From Patescibacteria group bacterium (GTDB lineage: Bacteria; Patescibacteriota; Patescibacteriia; UBA9934): a stretch of DNA of 64,000 nt. Under the pieces are notes generated by a model that saw nothing but the letters and a program-made list of their open reading frames with translations, searched no databases and was not told the DNA's origin. Positions within the stretch are counted from its first letter, which is position 1. Each line of letters opens with the position of its first letter. Shown here one piece after another: positions 8,879 through 19,321 of the stretch. Location of the stretch: assembly GCA_041666145.1 (NCBI GenBank), contig JBAYHK010000002.1:64260-128259 (forward strand). The letters are read 5' to 3'. The translations under genes and the position numbers were made by a program.

Positions 8879-10217
8879 AGACAATTTTTGCATATTCTTC
8901 TGGCATTGAATGCTTCCGCGATAACGTAAGCGCCCCATCGATTAGGGCATCAATATCTTTTCGAACACTCATTACTTCGGAAACAAACCACTGCATAATT
9001 GGCGAATCATCATATTCGCCGCGGCCTTCAATAAGTGCAAACGCGGCAATAACTTCCTCAAACTCCCCCACGCACTCAAACGGCTTCATAGCACCATAGC
9101 CAGTCAAATCTTTGTACATTTCAAGAAGATCGGTTCGCATGAGCAAGTCTTCACCAAACATTTCCACCATGCGCCGGCGCGGAATAAACGCAGCGAGCAT
9201 GACGAATACGAATGCACATTTTGGACATTTTCCACACCAACGCGTTACTGACGGCACTCCGCCTTGTTTGAAGTTCTTATTACAACTAGAAAAAACTCCA
9301 AAATATTTTCCATTTGCGGCAAATCGACGAGAGATGTCCAATTCAGACATTGGACGAAGCAAACTGAATACTCGAATTTCAGATGTAATAAATGACGAAA
9401 TATACGACTGCAAATCTTGCTCAGCTTCAAAGCTCTTGCTGTATTGATGATTGATCACTACACCTTCAAATTCTGTATTCCCAGTGCTCGCACTCCGTTC
9501 ATTTGCAAAAATAACATCACGCTTACCATGAAGCAGAGCAACGATCATCGACGCGATCCCGACATACGCAGTAATTGGCACATGACCATTCCAGGCCCCA
9601 GCCTTATTCAGTTCAACGAGCTTCGGGTCGATAGTGCGTGAAATCGACATGAGTGATTTTCCAACTTCTGCAGAGACTTCACGAATCCGTGAGTGATTCC
9701 CGAACATGACAAGATCGAAAGGAATTTCTGCAGCTCGAAGCATCTCAACCGCAACCAACGAATCCTTTCCTCCTCCGATCGGAAGAAGCGCGCCGGCAAG
9801 ATCGTGGGCGCGCTCATTAGGCCCAAGAGATCCTGAAGTAACCAAACCAACCGGAAACTGAATATACTCACGAAAATCTAACTCGTTTCGATAGAAAAAT
9901 TCTCCCAACCCAAGCGTATATAACGTATTCCAAAACTCCGCCTGCTCATGAGACAAATCTCCAGATTCAACAATAATCTCTGGTGGTAGCTTCGCTTTGT
10001 AATAACTCACGCCAGCAACAAGATGCAGAGCAAATAAAGCTCGATCAAGTACGTCGTCTATTCCATCAGGAATTCCTGTCGAAGGAATCGGCAACACTAA
10101 TCGCTCAATAAACTCATCGTCATCTATTGCGTACGTCAGTTTCACTTCACCAGTCACCCGATCAAAAGCATATGAACGAAATATGAATTGTTTTGCAGAA
10201 GTAAGAATAGGATTCAT
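8865..10217 (-). CDS. murL: UDP-MurNAc-L-Ala-L-Glu epimerase (MurL family)
   Basis: GVSYYKA, GGGKDS PP-loop, NGHVPIT, NERSAS, NHQYSKS, FSSCN, WCGKCPKC and KPFECVG motifs; coupled to murD. Confidence 0.85.
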   Translation of the reverse strand: MNPILTSAKQFIFRSYAFDRVTGEVKLTYAIDDDEFIERLVLPIPSTGIPDGIDDVLDRALFALHLVAGVSYYKAKLPPEIIVESGDLSHEQAEFWNTLYTLGLGEFFYRNELDFREYIQFPVGLVTSGSLGPNERAHDLAGALLPIGGGKDSLVAVEMLRAAEIPFDLVMFGNHSRIREVSAEVGKSLMSISRTIDPKLVELNKAGAWNGHVPITAYVGIASMIVALLHGKRDVIFANERSASTGNTEFEGVVINHQYSKSFEAEQDLQSYISSFITSEIRVFSLLRPMSELDISRRFAANGKYFGVFSSCNKNFKQGGVPSVTRWCGKCPKCAFVFVMLAAFIPRRRMVEMFGEDLLMRTDLLEMYKDLTGYGAMKPFECVGEFEEVIAAFALIEGRGEYDDSPIMQWFVSEVMSVRKDIDALIDGALTLSRKHSMPEEYAKIVYASR

Positions 10218-10222
10218 AAAAA

Positions 10223-10996
10223 TTACGCGCCCATTTCTTTAAGCCACTGCAATAAAACAACCTTCGTTTCACTTGGATTCGCAATAGCAACGGTGTCGAC
10301 TCCAGTTCGAATCACTGCATGATCATTCCCGCCTTCATACAGCGCATCACCAACAAAAATCATTTCTGGAATAGAAACTCCAATAAATTCTTCCATCTTC
10401 TTTAGACCGTACGCCTTATCTATTCCCTTATGATTCACATCAATAGAGCTATAACCAGGAATCTTAATCTCAAACTCTGGCAAGTATTTCTGAAGAGCTT
10501 TTACCATCTCTACTCTTCGATCCTGCGCGCTGCCCCTCCACGCCTTTTTTACTTCAAGCGGTGCCCGCTGACCACATGCAGAAAAAGTTACCTGCGAACC
10601 GCGGTCTTCTATGACTTCGCCGTATAACGTTACTGGATGCTCGTAACCAATGTCCCCAAATACTCTTTCAAATGATTCCATGATTTTTCGTCGTTCCTCA
10701 ATGGTCATCTCATCTGCATACACCTGCTCCCATTTATCTGAATAGCGATAAAAACGAGTCCCCATTGTGGGAAAGAAAAAAAGGTTTTGCAACTGCGCCG
10801 ACGAACATTGCAACGCCGGCAACTGACGTTCAAATTGCTGAAAAGCACCACCAGAAATGATCGCAATTTTCATTCGCAAAAGAAGTCTGCTGAAAATTTC
10901 TGCCATTTCTTGGTCCATTGGCGACTTACTCTCCGTCACAGTCCCATCAAGATCAAAAACGATAAGTTTCTTTCCGGCAATAGATGGAATGTTCAT
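10223..10996 (-). CDS. HAD-IIB hydrolase, eukaryotic-type phosphomannomutase-like
   Basis: FDLDGT, ISGG, IEDRGSQVTFS, SIDV..GIDK and FVGDALYEGGND motifs. Confidence 0.8.
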   Translation of the reverse strand: MNIPSIAGKKLIVFDLDGTVTESKSPMDQEMAEIFSRLLLRMKIAIISGGAFQQFERQLPALQCSSAQLQNLFFFPTMGTRFYRYSDKWEQVYADEMTIEERRKIMESFERVFGDIGYEHPVTLYGEVIEDRGSQVTFSACGQRAPLEVKKAWRGSAQDRRVEMVKALQKYLPEFEIKIPGYSSIDVNHKGIDKAYGLKKMEEFIGVSIPEMIFVGDALYEGGNDHAVIRTGVDTVAIANPSETKVVLLQWLKEMGA

Positions 10997-11089
10997 AATT
11001 TGGCTTATCTTAGCAACGAGTGCTATTTTACCGCTTTACGGGGTCATGTAAAATACATAGCATAAAGAAAAGTCATAATTTATACGTTT

Positions 11090-11644
11090 ATGGAATCTAT
11101 GCCATTCATTATTATCGGTGTCCTGGTACTTGGTGGACTTTGGCTCGTTGTCGTGTTTAACGGTCTGGTAACAAGTAAAAATCGAGTTGAGGAAGCTTGG
11201 TCAGACATTGAAGTTCAGCTCAAGCGTCGATACGACCTTATTCCAAACCTCGTGAATGTGGTAAAGGGATACGCCAAACATGAAAGCTCAGTATTCGAGA
11301 ATGTCACCAAGGCACGATCTGCCGCAATGAACGCTGGAAATCCAGCAGAACATGCTAAAGCAGAAAACATGCTCACCGACACTCTAAAATCATTGTTCGC
11401 TGTTGCAGAAAGCTATCCAGACTTGAAAGCATCAGAAAACTTCGGTCATTTACAGCGTGAGCTTGTAGACGCAGAAGACAAAATTCAGGCGTCCCGTCGT
11501 TTTTACAATGGAAACGTTCGAGACTTCAACACAAAGTTACAAGTTTTCCCAACAAATATGGTTGGCAATATGCTCGGGTTTAAGAAGTATGACTTTTACG
11601 ATGCACCAGAAGTCGCAAATGAAACTCCAGTCGTAACGTTCTAA
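11090..11644 (+). CDS. lemA: LemA family protein
   Basis: N-terminal TM segment; AWSDIEVQLKRRYDLIPNLV, AVAESYPDLKAS and RRFYN motifs. Confidence 0.96.
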   Translation: MESMPFIIIGVLVLGGLWLVVVFNGLVTSKNRVEEAWSDIEVQLKRRYDLIPNLVNVVKGYAKHESSVFENVTKARSAAMNAGNPAEHAKAENMLTDTLKSLFAVAESYPDLKASENFGHLQRELVDAEDKIQASRRFYNGNVRDFNTKLQVFPTNMVGNMLGFKKYDFYDAPEVANETPVVTF

Positions 11645-11653
11645 CCCTCAAAC

Positions 11654-12544
11654 ATGTACAACGACATTACACAAAACAAACACCGAACTTGGATTCTCAT
11701 CACGCTCATGAGCAGCATTGTGATTGGGCTTTCTTGGTTTATTGGCGCCATAAACGGCGTAGAGACTGGACCGAGCATCATTATGGGAACCATGTTCGCT
11801 AGCGTTTACAGCCTTATCAGCTACTACGCATCATCGTCGATTGCTCTTGCTGTCTCTGGCGCAAAAGCAATTCAAAAGTCACAGGCTCCAGAGCTTTACA
11901 ACATTGTTGAAAATCTCTGTATCGCGAACGGACAACCAACCCCAGCCATCTACATTATTCAAGATGCAAGTCCAAATGCACTCGCAACAGGACGAGATCC
12001 AGAACATGCCTCAATCGCCTTCACTACTGGCCTGCTCAACATTCTCACTCACGAAGAAATCGAAGGCGTCGCAGCACACGAATTGTCGCACGTGAAAAAC
12101 TACGACATTCGCGTAATGACCGTCGTTGTTGTTCTTGTTGGTCTTATCTCACTCATCGCTGATCTTCTCATATACTCACGATTCAAAAGTGGCGATAAAG
12201 ACAGCGGAAACGCCGGAATCATCCTCTTCTTTATTGGAATCGTTCTTGCAGTTCTCTCCCCTCTTTTTGCACAAATCATTCAACTCGCAATCTCAAGAAG
12301 TCGTGAATATCTTGCAGATGCATCAGGCGCGCTTCTTACCCGATATCCAGAAGGCCTCGCTCGAGCACTAGAAAAAATCGGGACCGTTGAACAGCCAATA
12401 CAAAAAGCAAATCACGCTACTGCTCACCTGTATATTTCAAATCCATTCGGAAACAAAGCCACCCAATCATTCTTCTCAAAACTCTTTTCAACGCACCCGC
12501 CAATTACTGATCGCGTTGCGCGCCTCAGATCCATGGGCCGTTAA
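11654..12544 (+). CDS. htpX: M48 zinc metalloprotease HtpX
   Basis: HELSH, SRSREYLAD and FSTHPP motifs; follows lemA. Confidence 0.94.
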   Translation: MYNDITQNKHRTWILITLMSSIVIGLSWFIGAINGVETGPSIIMGTMFASVYSLISYYASSSIALAVSGAKAIQKSQAPELYNIVENLCIANGQPTPAIYIIQDASPNALATGRDPEHASIAFTTGLLNILTHEEIEGVAAHELSHVKNYDIRVMTVVVVLVGLISLIADLLIYSRFKSGDKDSGNAGIILFFIGIVLAVLSPLFAQIIQLAISRSREYLADASGALLTRYPEGLARALEKIGTVEQPIQKANHATAHLYISNPFGNKATQSFFSKLFSTHPPITDRVARLRSMGR

Positions 12545-12547
12545 TCT

Positions 12548-15043
12548 ATGAATGAGCTCCTCGAATCCTTTACAAGCCATTTAAAAACCGTCCTCACTAG
12601 GGCGCTTTGTTTGGCAGTTGAAGAAGGCGGAAACACCATCGCGCCAACACATTTGCTTTGGGCGCTTGGTACTGAGGAAGGATCGCTAGGCGCAGAAATT
12701 CTTCATAAAGGCGGCGCAACAACTGCAAGCTTGCAACGACTAACCACAATAGAAGACAAGGAGCTTTCAGAAGATGCCATAACACATGCAACGGCAGTAA
12801 CTCCGCAGCTTTCTGAAGAATCAAAAACCATGATCGAAAAGGCGGTGCATGCTGCAGGAATGCACGGACACCGATACGTAGGCACAGAACACCTCCTTCA
12901 CGGCATCATCGAAGCAAAAACTCCTGAAATTGCGACCTTTCTACAGGCCGAAAATGTAAGCGAAAAAACCATTCAAGACAATCTTGCGACCATTTTCAAA
13001 ACCACTGCAAATTTTCCCGAATCTCTTCAAAACATTGGGCATCCAAAACAATCAGAAGAAACACAGAAGCCATGCGAAGAATGCGGGCAGATTCATGATG
13101 ACGATCATGATGAAAAATCAACGGCGCTTGAATACTTCACCACTGAACTTACTGCAAAAAACATTGCAGACTCTATCGATCCAGTCATTGGACGTGATGA
13201 TGAGATCGAGCGAGTCATTGCAATCCTTGCACGACGAACAAAAAATAATCCTTTGCTCATTGGCGACCCAGGTGTTGGGAAAACTGCTATCGCAGAAGGC
13301 CTAGCCAAGCGCATTCTTTCTGGAAACGTGCCAGACGCTGTTGTACGAATGCATGTTCATCGTCTCAACATGGCCTCAATGGTTGCAGGAACAATGTATA
13401 GAGGAGACTTCGAAGCAAGAATTACACAATTGCTAGAAGAACTCACCGATCGAAAAGATGTCGTTCTATTCATCGATGAAATTCACACGATCATCGGCGC
13501 TGGCGCAGCGAGTGGATCACTTGATGCTGCGAATATGCTTAAACCAGCACTCGCACGTGGAGAGCTGCGATGCATCGGCGCAACAACACATCAAGAATAT
13601 AAAAAACATATTGCTACCGACGCTGCACTTGAGCGTCGATTTGCCACAGTAACAATCCAGGAACCAAGCTCAGAAGAAACACGCACAGTCCTAGAAGGTA
13701 TTGCGCGGCGATACGAGGTTCATCACGGTGTCACATATAGCGCCGATATTCTGGACACAATTATTCGAATCGCGGATCGGTTCATGCCGAACAAACAATT
13801 TCCAGACAAAGCAATAGATTTGCTTGATGAAGCTGGAGCTTATGCAAGTACACACAGGAAACCAACTGATAAGCATGCAGTTCAGCTTCGGCAGCTTCAA
13901 AATGAACTTGCCGAAATTCATAAAAATAAATGTGATGCAATTGCAAAAGAAAAGTTTCCACTTGCGTCAGACATGAAGACACGAGAAGAGACGCTTCGCA
14001 AACACATCGAAAAGCTCACCGCGCTTCCAACAACACACCGCATTGTAGCCGTCACTGATGTCATGGTCCGCGCAGTAGCTTCAAAAATGACAGGGGTTCC
14101 ACTCGCAAAACTCACTTCAAATGATCACACCGCACTTCGCACACTTGCAGATCGACTCAAAACTCATGTTATTGCACAAGACAATGCAGTCGATCATGTC
14201 GCAAATGCTATGCGCCGTGCAAAGCTTGGATTCGCATTACCAAACAGACCGCTTGCGTCCTTTCTCTTTGCTGGACCTTCTGGAGTTGGAAAAACTGCGC
14301 TCGCAAAAGCACTCGCAATCGAAATGTTTGGAGATATAAAGTCACTTATTCGTTTTGACATGAGTGAATTTGCAGAAGGCTTCAGTACAAGCAAACTTAT
14401 TGGAGCTCCAGCTGGCTATGTTGGCTATCGCGAAAGCGCAAAACTTACAGATGCGCTCAAAGAGCGCCCACACTGCGTCATACTTTTTGACGAACTTGAA
14501 AAAGCACATCGTGATGTTCAGTCACTCCTCCTACAAATTCTTGATGAAGGATGTATTACCGACGCTACTGGAACCAAGGTGAATTTTCAAAATGCGATCG
14601 TGATCATGACCACGAACATCGGACGAGATAGATTCAATAAAGTGTCCTTAGGATTCGGCACCACGCAAGGCAAAAACACAACATTCTCAGAGGAGTTCAG
14701 AGGAGTTCTTGAGGAACACTTTCGCCCAGAGCTCATAAATCGCATTGGTCACGTCTGCCTTTTCAAGCCGTTGAAACATGAAGACATTGTAACCATTACA
14801 AAAATGGGCATCACGGATCTTCTTTCACGGTTAGAACGCGCAAAGCTTTCTGTTGCATTTCCAAAAAAACTTGCAGAAGCATTAGCAAAAGAAGTCAAAC
14901 CACTTCATGGCGCAAGAGATGTTCAACGAGTCATCGAGGAGAAGCTTGAACATGAAATCGCGAAAGCTGTTCTCAAAACAAAACGGCCAAAAACATCACT
15001 TCGCGTATCGCTCAACGTCGACGGTTCATTCCAGATCCAATAA
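12548..15043 (+). CDS. clpC: ATP-dependent Clp protease ATPase subunit, ClpC-like
   Basis: Two Clp-N repeats, GDPGVGKT and GPSGVGKT Walker A motifs, short UVR-like M domain, LGF ClpP-binding loop. Confidence 0.9.
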   Translation: MNELLESFTSHLKTVLTRALCLAVEEGGNTIAPTHLLWALGTEEGSLGAEILHKGGATTASLQRLTTIEDKELSEDAITHATAVTPQLSEESKTMIEKAVHAAGMHGHRYVGTEHLLHGIIEAKTPEIATFLQAENVSEKTIQDNLATIFKTTANFPESLQNIGHPKQSEETQKPCEECGQIHDDDHDEKSTALEYFTTELTAKNIADSIDPVIGRDDEIERVIAILARRTKNNPLLIGDPGVGKTAIAEGLAKRILSGNVPDAVVRMHVHRLNMASMVAGTMYRGDFEARITQLLEELTDRKDVVLFIDEIHTIIGAGAASGSLDAANMLKPALARGELRCIGATTHQEYKKHIATDAALERRFATVTIQEPSSEETRTVLEGIARRYEVHHGVTYSADILDTIIRIADRFMPNKQFPDKAIDLLDEAGAYASTHRKPTDKHAVQLRQLQNELAEIHKNKCDAIAKEKFPLASDMKTREETLRKHIEKLTALPTTHRIVAVTDVMVRAVASKMTGVPLAKLTSNDHTALRTLADRLKTHVIAQDNAVDHVANAMRRAKLGFALPNRPLASFLFAGPSGVGKTALAKALAIEMFGDIKSLIRFDMSEFAEGFSTSKLIGAPAGYVGYRESAKLTDALKERPHCVILFDELEKAHRDVQSLLLQILDEGCITDATGTKVNFQNAIVIMTTNIGRDRFNKVSLGFGTTQGKNTTFSEEFRGVLEEHFRPELINRIGHVCLFKPLKHEDIVTITKMGITDLLSRLERAKLSVAFPKKLAEALAKEVKPLHGARDVQRVIEEKLEHEIAKAVLKTKRPKTSLRVSLNVDGSFQIQ

Positions 15044-15046
15044 CCC

Positions 15047-15080
15047 AAAAAATCCTCGTATTTCTCACGGGGATTTTTTA
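15047..15080 (+). terminator. Intrinsic terminator after clpC
   Basis: AAAAAATCCTCGT...ACGGGGATTTTTT hairpin. Confidence 0.75.
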
Positions 15081-15087
15081 ATACGCG

Positions 15088-15096
15088 TGCTATAAT
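15088..15096 (+). promoter_or_regulatory. Extended -10 promoter
   Basis: TGCTATAAT, 9 nt before ATG 15106. Confidence 0.7.
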
Positions 15097-15105
15097 TTGG
15101 CGTAT

Positions 15106-15972
15106 ATGGCGACTGGAGGAACGGCTCAACAACCAAAAATCTCCCAAGATTCAGGCGCAACTTTGCGCATGGATTACATGTCGTCGCTTCGGTCGCGCAT
15201 TGGAAAAAAAGGGCGAGTCGCGATACTTGGACTCTCCATGATGCAGGCGAGTCCGATGATGCCAGAAGATAAAAACGAGGGCGCAACGCAACGAGATCCT
15301 GTTGCAGAACTCCAAGCAGGTCGTCACACCGCACGACGCTACGCAAATCCCGGTGCAAGCGCACCGCTTTTACAGATGGCAACAGAGTCACTTCGTAACG
15401 AAGGCGACGAACACGATCAAGAAGCTGCTAATGACATTGAGGAATCTGTAGACGACATTACAGAAGAAGCGGCACAAACCGAAGACACATTACTAACTGC
15501 ACGAGCAAAATCCGAATTAAAAAGTAAAGCAAATAAAGTCTTTGAGGACATTAAAGAAAAAGGAATGAAGGAATTTCAGAAAACCATGGCAAAAGCAAAA
15601 ACAGAAGGAGCTGCAAAATTTGCTTCCGCAGCAGACGACGGAGAATTTTTTGAAATTCCAGATACTCTCGGTACCGGCGCCTCTGTTCTACATGCAGGAC
15701 TGAGTATTTTTCAGGATTCCATGAACAAGGAAACAAAAGAAATGTTTACAAAGCTTGGGTTTCCAATGCTCAAAATGGACAACGCACTCGACCTTGCCAT
15801 TATTACTGGAACAAACATGCAGATACTTAAATGGTCTGCAATTGTAGTGGTGATTATTCCTTTTTGTGTTGTGTTTATTGTTATGACTATCGGTACAATG
15901 TGCAAAGTAAGCATTGTATGCAATGCAGGCACCGGTGCCATATCTGCAATCACGAACCTCATTTCTCTTTAA
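15106..15972 (+). CDS. Hypothetical protein with coiled-coil region and C-terminal TM helix
   Basis: Long ORF with a hydrophobic C-terminus; first gene of a same-strand run with short gaps. Confidence 0.75.
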   Translation: MATGGTAQQPKISQDSGATLRMDYMSSLRSRIGKKGRVAILGLSMMQASPMMPEDKNEGATQRDPVAELQAGRHTARRYANPGASAPLLQMATESLRNEGDEHDQEAANDIEESVDDITEEAAQTEDTLLTARAKSELKSKANKVFEDIKEKGMKEFQKTMAKAKTEGAAKFASAADDGEFFEIPDTLGTGASVLHAGLSIFQDSMNKETKEMFTKLGFPMLKMDNALDLAIITGTNMQILKWSAIVVVIIPFCVVFIVMTIGTMCKVSIVCNAGTGAISAITNLISL

Positions 15973-15977
15973 TCTCT

Positions 15978-17204
15978 ATGTCTGAACGCACAACATTCAT
16001 GCTCAAAATCGCCGGGTTTGCAACGGCCTGTATCCTTCTTGCACTTGCAATCTATTTTACGTTCTTCAGGCAACCAACAGTAACCATTCAGGAAGAAATC
16101 GACACAACAGCTGGAAGTGGATCTCTCCCGAGTTCTGGCTCTGGAACTACTGGAGGAGTCACTCAAGAAGGAATCGACGGAGGCGATGACGGAGTCATAA
16201 GTCTGGTGCCGTCCAAAGTCGCAAAAGGTGGAACAACATTCACAACACTGCTCACGAACACGGGCGTAGAAAGTCCAACCGTTACCGCGGACGGCAATAT
16301 TGCATATTACAATCCAGCAGATGGAAAGTTCTATACCATCGATCCAAACGGCAACGCCATTGCGCTCTCGCAACAAACATTTCCAAAAGCTGAAACGGTC
16401 ACTTTTAGTAATGGAGCTGGTGCTGCAGTCATTGAATACCCAGACGGAAGCAATATTGTTTACGATTTCAATACCGCGCAGCAAGTCACACTTCCATCAC
16501 ACTGGGAAGGTTTTTCCTTTTCGGAAACAGGAGAAGATATTGCCGCAAAAAGTATTGGTGCAGACGAATCAAATCGAGCGCTTGTCATAACGAGCGCCGA
16601 TGGATCATCAACAACAGTTGTTGCAGCACTTGGAAACAATGACGACAAAGTCACACCAAATTGGTCTCCAGATAGTGGCGTTGTTGCGTTCTCGGCTACT
16701 GGCGTCAATTCCGGTGGAACATTTGGACGACAGGAAATCTATCTTGTGGGCCAAGATGGAAGCGCAACCGGAGTGCTCTTTGTTGACGGCTCAAATTTCC
16801 AGGCCATTTGGGCAACAGACGGAAAACACCTTCTCTATTCTGTAGCCGATCCGAACGACGGATATAAAGCAGCCCTATGGTATGCAGACAGCAATGGAGA
16901 TAGGAACGGAGACGGAAGGAGAAAAATGGGAATTCAAACACTCGTAAGTAAATGCACATTCTTCTCCACAACAATTGCCTACTGCGCAGTACCTCGTGAA
17001 ATGCCTGCTGGTGGTGGAAGCAATACATCACTCATCACTTCATACGACGACCTTTACAAACTCGATGTCAGCACTGGCATTGCAAAACTTGTTGCAATCC
17101 CAGCCGCAGATACGAACATGTTTTCACTCAACGTTTCAGAAGACGAATCCGTGCTCTACTTTTCAGACAGCGCAGGACGGCTGAACATGATCCGCCTTAA
17201 ATAA
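15978..17204 (+). CDS. Membrane-anchored beta-propeller (TolB/WD40-like) protein
   Basis: N-terminal TM segment, Gly/Ser linker, repeated WSPD/FS.G blade motifs. Confidence 0.7.
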   Translation: MSERTTFMLKIAGFATACILLALAIYFTFFRQPTVTIQEEIDTTAGSGSLPSSGSGTTGGVTQEGIDGGDDGVISLVPSKVAKGGTTFTTLLTNTGVESPTVTADGNIAYYNPADGKFYTIDPNGNAIALSQQTFPKAETVTFSNGAGAAVIEYPDGSNIVYDFNTAQQVTLPSHWEGFSFSETGEDIAAKSIGADESNRALVITSADGSSTTVVAALGNNDDKVTPNWSPDSGVVAFSATGVNSGGTFGRQEIYLVGQDGSATGVLFVDGSNFQAIWATDGKHLLYSVADPNDGYKAALWYADSNGDRNGDGRRKMGIQTLVSKCTFFSTTIAYCAVPREMPAGGGSNTSLITSYDDLYKLDVSTGIAKLVAIPAADTNMFSLNVSEDESVLYFSDSAGRLNMIRLK

Positions 17205-17208
17205 ACCT

Positions 17209-17850
17209 ATGAAATATTTCTGGCATTTTGTTATCAGCATCGGCGTACTCGCAATTATCCTATTTTCCTTTTTCGGAGCGTCGCTCTCATTTGGAAATAA
17301 AATTCAATACACCGATCAAAATCCCATCACCGAACCTTCTGTTACGTTCATCGATCCTTCACTCGGAAAAACAGATGCGAGAGTGACGCTTATTACTTAC
17401 GGAGATTACGGATGCGACTCTTGTGCAACTCTCGATGAAGCTCTTGTTACCCTTGCTGCAGATGACTTTCCTAATGATATTCGAATCGTTTGGAAAGACA
17501 TGCCAAATGTTTCTCAGCACCCAGAAGCACTCAATGCAGCGATTGCTGCCAGATGTGCGGAAGACCAAGGAAAATTCTGGGAATACCACACACTCCTCAT
17601 GACAAACCACGCACTTCTTAATGCCGAGCTCTACACCGCAATCGCAGAACAACTCGAACTGAAAACAAACGTCTTCGCCTCTTGTCTTAAAGACCAAACC
17701 CCTTCCCCGATTATTCAACAAACATACGAAGAAGGGCTAAAGCTCGGCGTCTCTGCAACTCCAACAATCTTTATTAACGGCGTTCGTTACAGCGGCGCGC
17801 TTGATATTGGAACACTTAAATCTGTTATTCGACAGGCTTTGGCAGAATAA
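17209..17850 (+). CDS. DsbA/thioredoxin-fold oxidoreductase
   Basis: YGDYGCDSC (CxxC), AAIAARCAEDQGKFWEY and GVSATPTIFING motifs. Confidence 0.9.
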   Translation: MKYFWHFVISIGVLAIILFSFFGASLSFGNKIQYTDQNPITEPSVTFIDPSLGKTDARVTLITYGDYGCDSCATLDEALVTLAADDFPNDIRIVWKDMPNVSQHPEALNAAIAARCAEDQGKFWEYHTLLMTNHALLNAELYTAIAEQLELKTNVFASCLKDQTPSPIIQQTYEEGLKLGVSATPTIFINGVRYSGALDIGTLKSVIRQALAE

Positions 17851-17854
17851 ACGT

Positions 17855-19249
17855 ATGAAGCGCTTTATTCTTCTCTCTCTCCTCCTTCTCTTTTCTGCAG
17901 TTCCTGCACAAGTTTTTGCTGCAAAAGACTGTGCTACCAGTACTGACCTAAATAAAGCCTACTGCACCTGCACGAACAGCACAGAATCCTTTCAAATCTC
18001 TGGCACTACTTTTAACGCAACAACGTGCAACAGTACGTGTTTTGAACGCGGAGGCTCCTCTTACAAAGTCGAAACGTGTACAAGCCCAGATCCTACAAAT
18101 CCAATCCTTTCAGAAACCGCCCAAGCAAACGTAGCAGATCCAGCAGCTGTAACGACGAGCGCTGCCGCATCCGCAAAAAAAGCTGCACCAGATTTTCAAG
18201 TTCCGATTCTCAATGTCAAAATCCCTGGGATGTCTGCCTTTTCAACTCCAACTTTATCCGCAGACGGAACAACAGTTGAAGTAAATTTCCTTGCGCAATA
18301 CATCAATGCAATTTATAGCTGGATTCTAGGAGCTGCAGCACTAGTAGCGGTAATCATGATGATGATTGGTGGATTACAGTACGTTCTTGCTCGTGGAAAA
18401 CCAAAATATATCGACGCTGCAAAAACACGAATCACCAATGCAATCACTGGCATGGTTCTTCTTCTCGCTGCCTACAACATTGCATACTTAATCGATCCAA
18501 ACATTGTAGATCTCAAAGCGATGACCATTAAAAGTGTTGCTGAAATTAAACTCTCAATGTCTTGCATGGGCGCTGAAGGCAGTGGAACTCCAGGCGTAAC
18601 TGGTACGTGGGAAAACATCAAAGAGCCACAAAGATCGATCGTGAAGTCGGCAAAAGATAGTGAGACCTGTCCAGCCGAACACATGCTTAGCTCTCCAGTT
18701 ACCAGCGGAAGACTTCCCAATCAAGGAAATCATCACTGGTTTGACAGAAAGCTCAATGGCGAATGGGAAAAAATAGCCGCACTTGACTGGGCGGTATCAT
18801 TTGGATCTGAAATTATTGCACCTTTTGATGGCAAAGTGACTTCCTACTATCAACAACCAGCAAAAGACACAAACGCCTGTGGAAATCGGATCTATATGAA
18901 AAGTGCAGACGGCAAGGTTACGCTTACAATCTGCCACGTGAAAGATTTTACTGATAAAGATGGAAAATTTAGCTCAACACGCACAGTGACTCGAGGACAA
19001 GTCATCGGGCATTCTGGAGGACGTCAATGTCCTGGAATGGAAGTTCCAGAAAATTGGGACTACACCAGTGCCACGGAAGCATTCGTGGGTCCAGAACAAG
19101 CAGGGAGCTCTTCAGAAACACCATGTACAGATCCTCAAAAAAAACAGTCATGCTCCTGCCAACAAAATTTCGAATCTGGAAATACGTCTGGTGCACACGT
19201 GCATGTAGGATGGAGTGGCCCCGAGCACATGCTCTCCTGCCTTCAGTAA
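17855..19249 (+). CDS. VirB2/TrbC-like pilin domain fused to a C-terminal M23 peptidase domain
   Basis: Signal peptide; two-TM pilin-like segment (LAQYINAIY...IGGLQY...AKTRITNAITG...IDP); M23-like IIAPFDGKV, ICHV, VTRGQVIGHSG and SGAHVH motifs. Confidence 0.7.
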   Translation: MKRFILLSLLLLFSAVPAQVFAAKDCATSTDLNKAYCTCTNSTESFQISGTTFNATTCNSTCFERGGSSYKVETCTSPDPTNPILSETAQANVADPAAVTTSAAASAKKAAPDFQVPILNVKIPGMSAFSTPTLSADGTTVEVNFLAQYINAIYSWILGAAALVAVIMMMIGGLQYVLARGKPKYIDAAKTRITNAITGMVLLLAAYNIAYLIDPNIVDLKAMTIKSVAEIKLSMSCMGAEGSGTPGVTGTWENIKEPQRSIVKSAKDSETCPAEHMLSSPVTSGRLPNQGNHHWFDRKLNGEWEKIAALDWAVSFGSEIIAPFDGKVTSYYQQPAKDTNACGNRIYMKSADGKVTLTICHVKDFTDKDGKFSSTRTVTRGQVIGHSGGRQCPGMEVPENWDYTSATEAFVGPEQAGSSSETPCTDPQKKQSCSCQQNFESGNTSGAHVHVGWSGPEHMLSCLQ

Positions 19250-19321
19250 TCTCCGTGCACAAGTCAATTGAAGAGAGCAGCTGTATTTGAGACAGTGGAT
19301 GAAAATATCATCCACTGTTTT

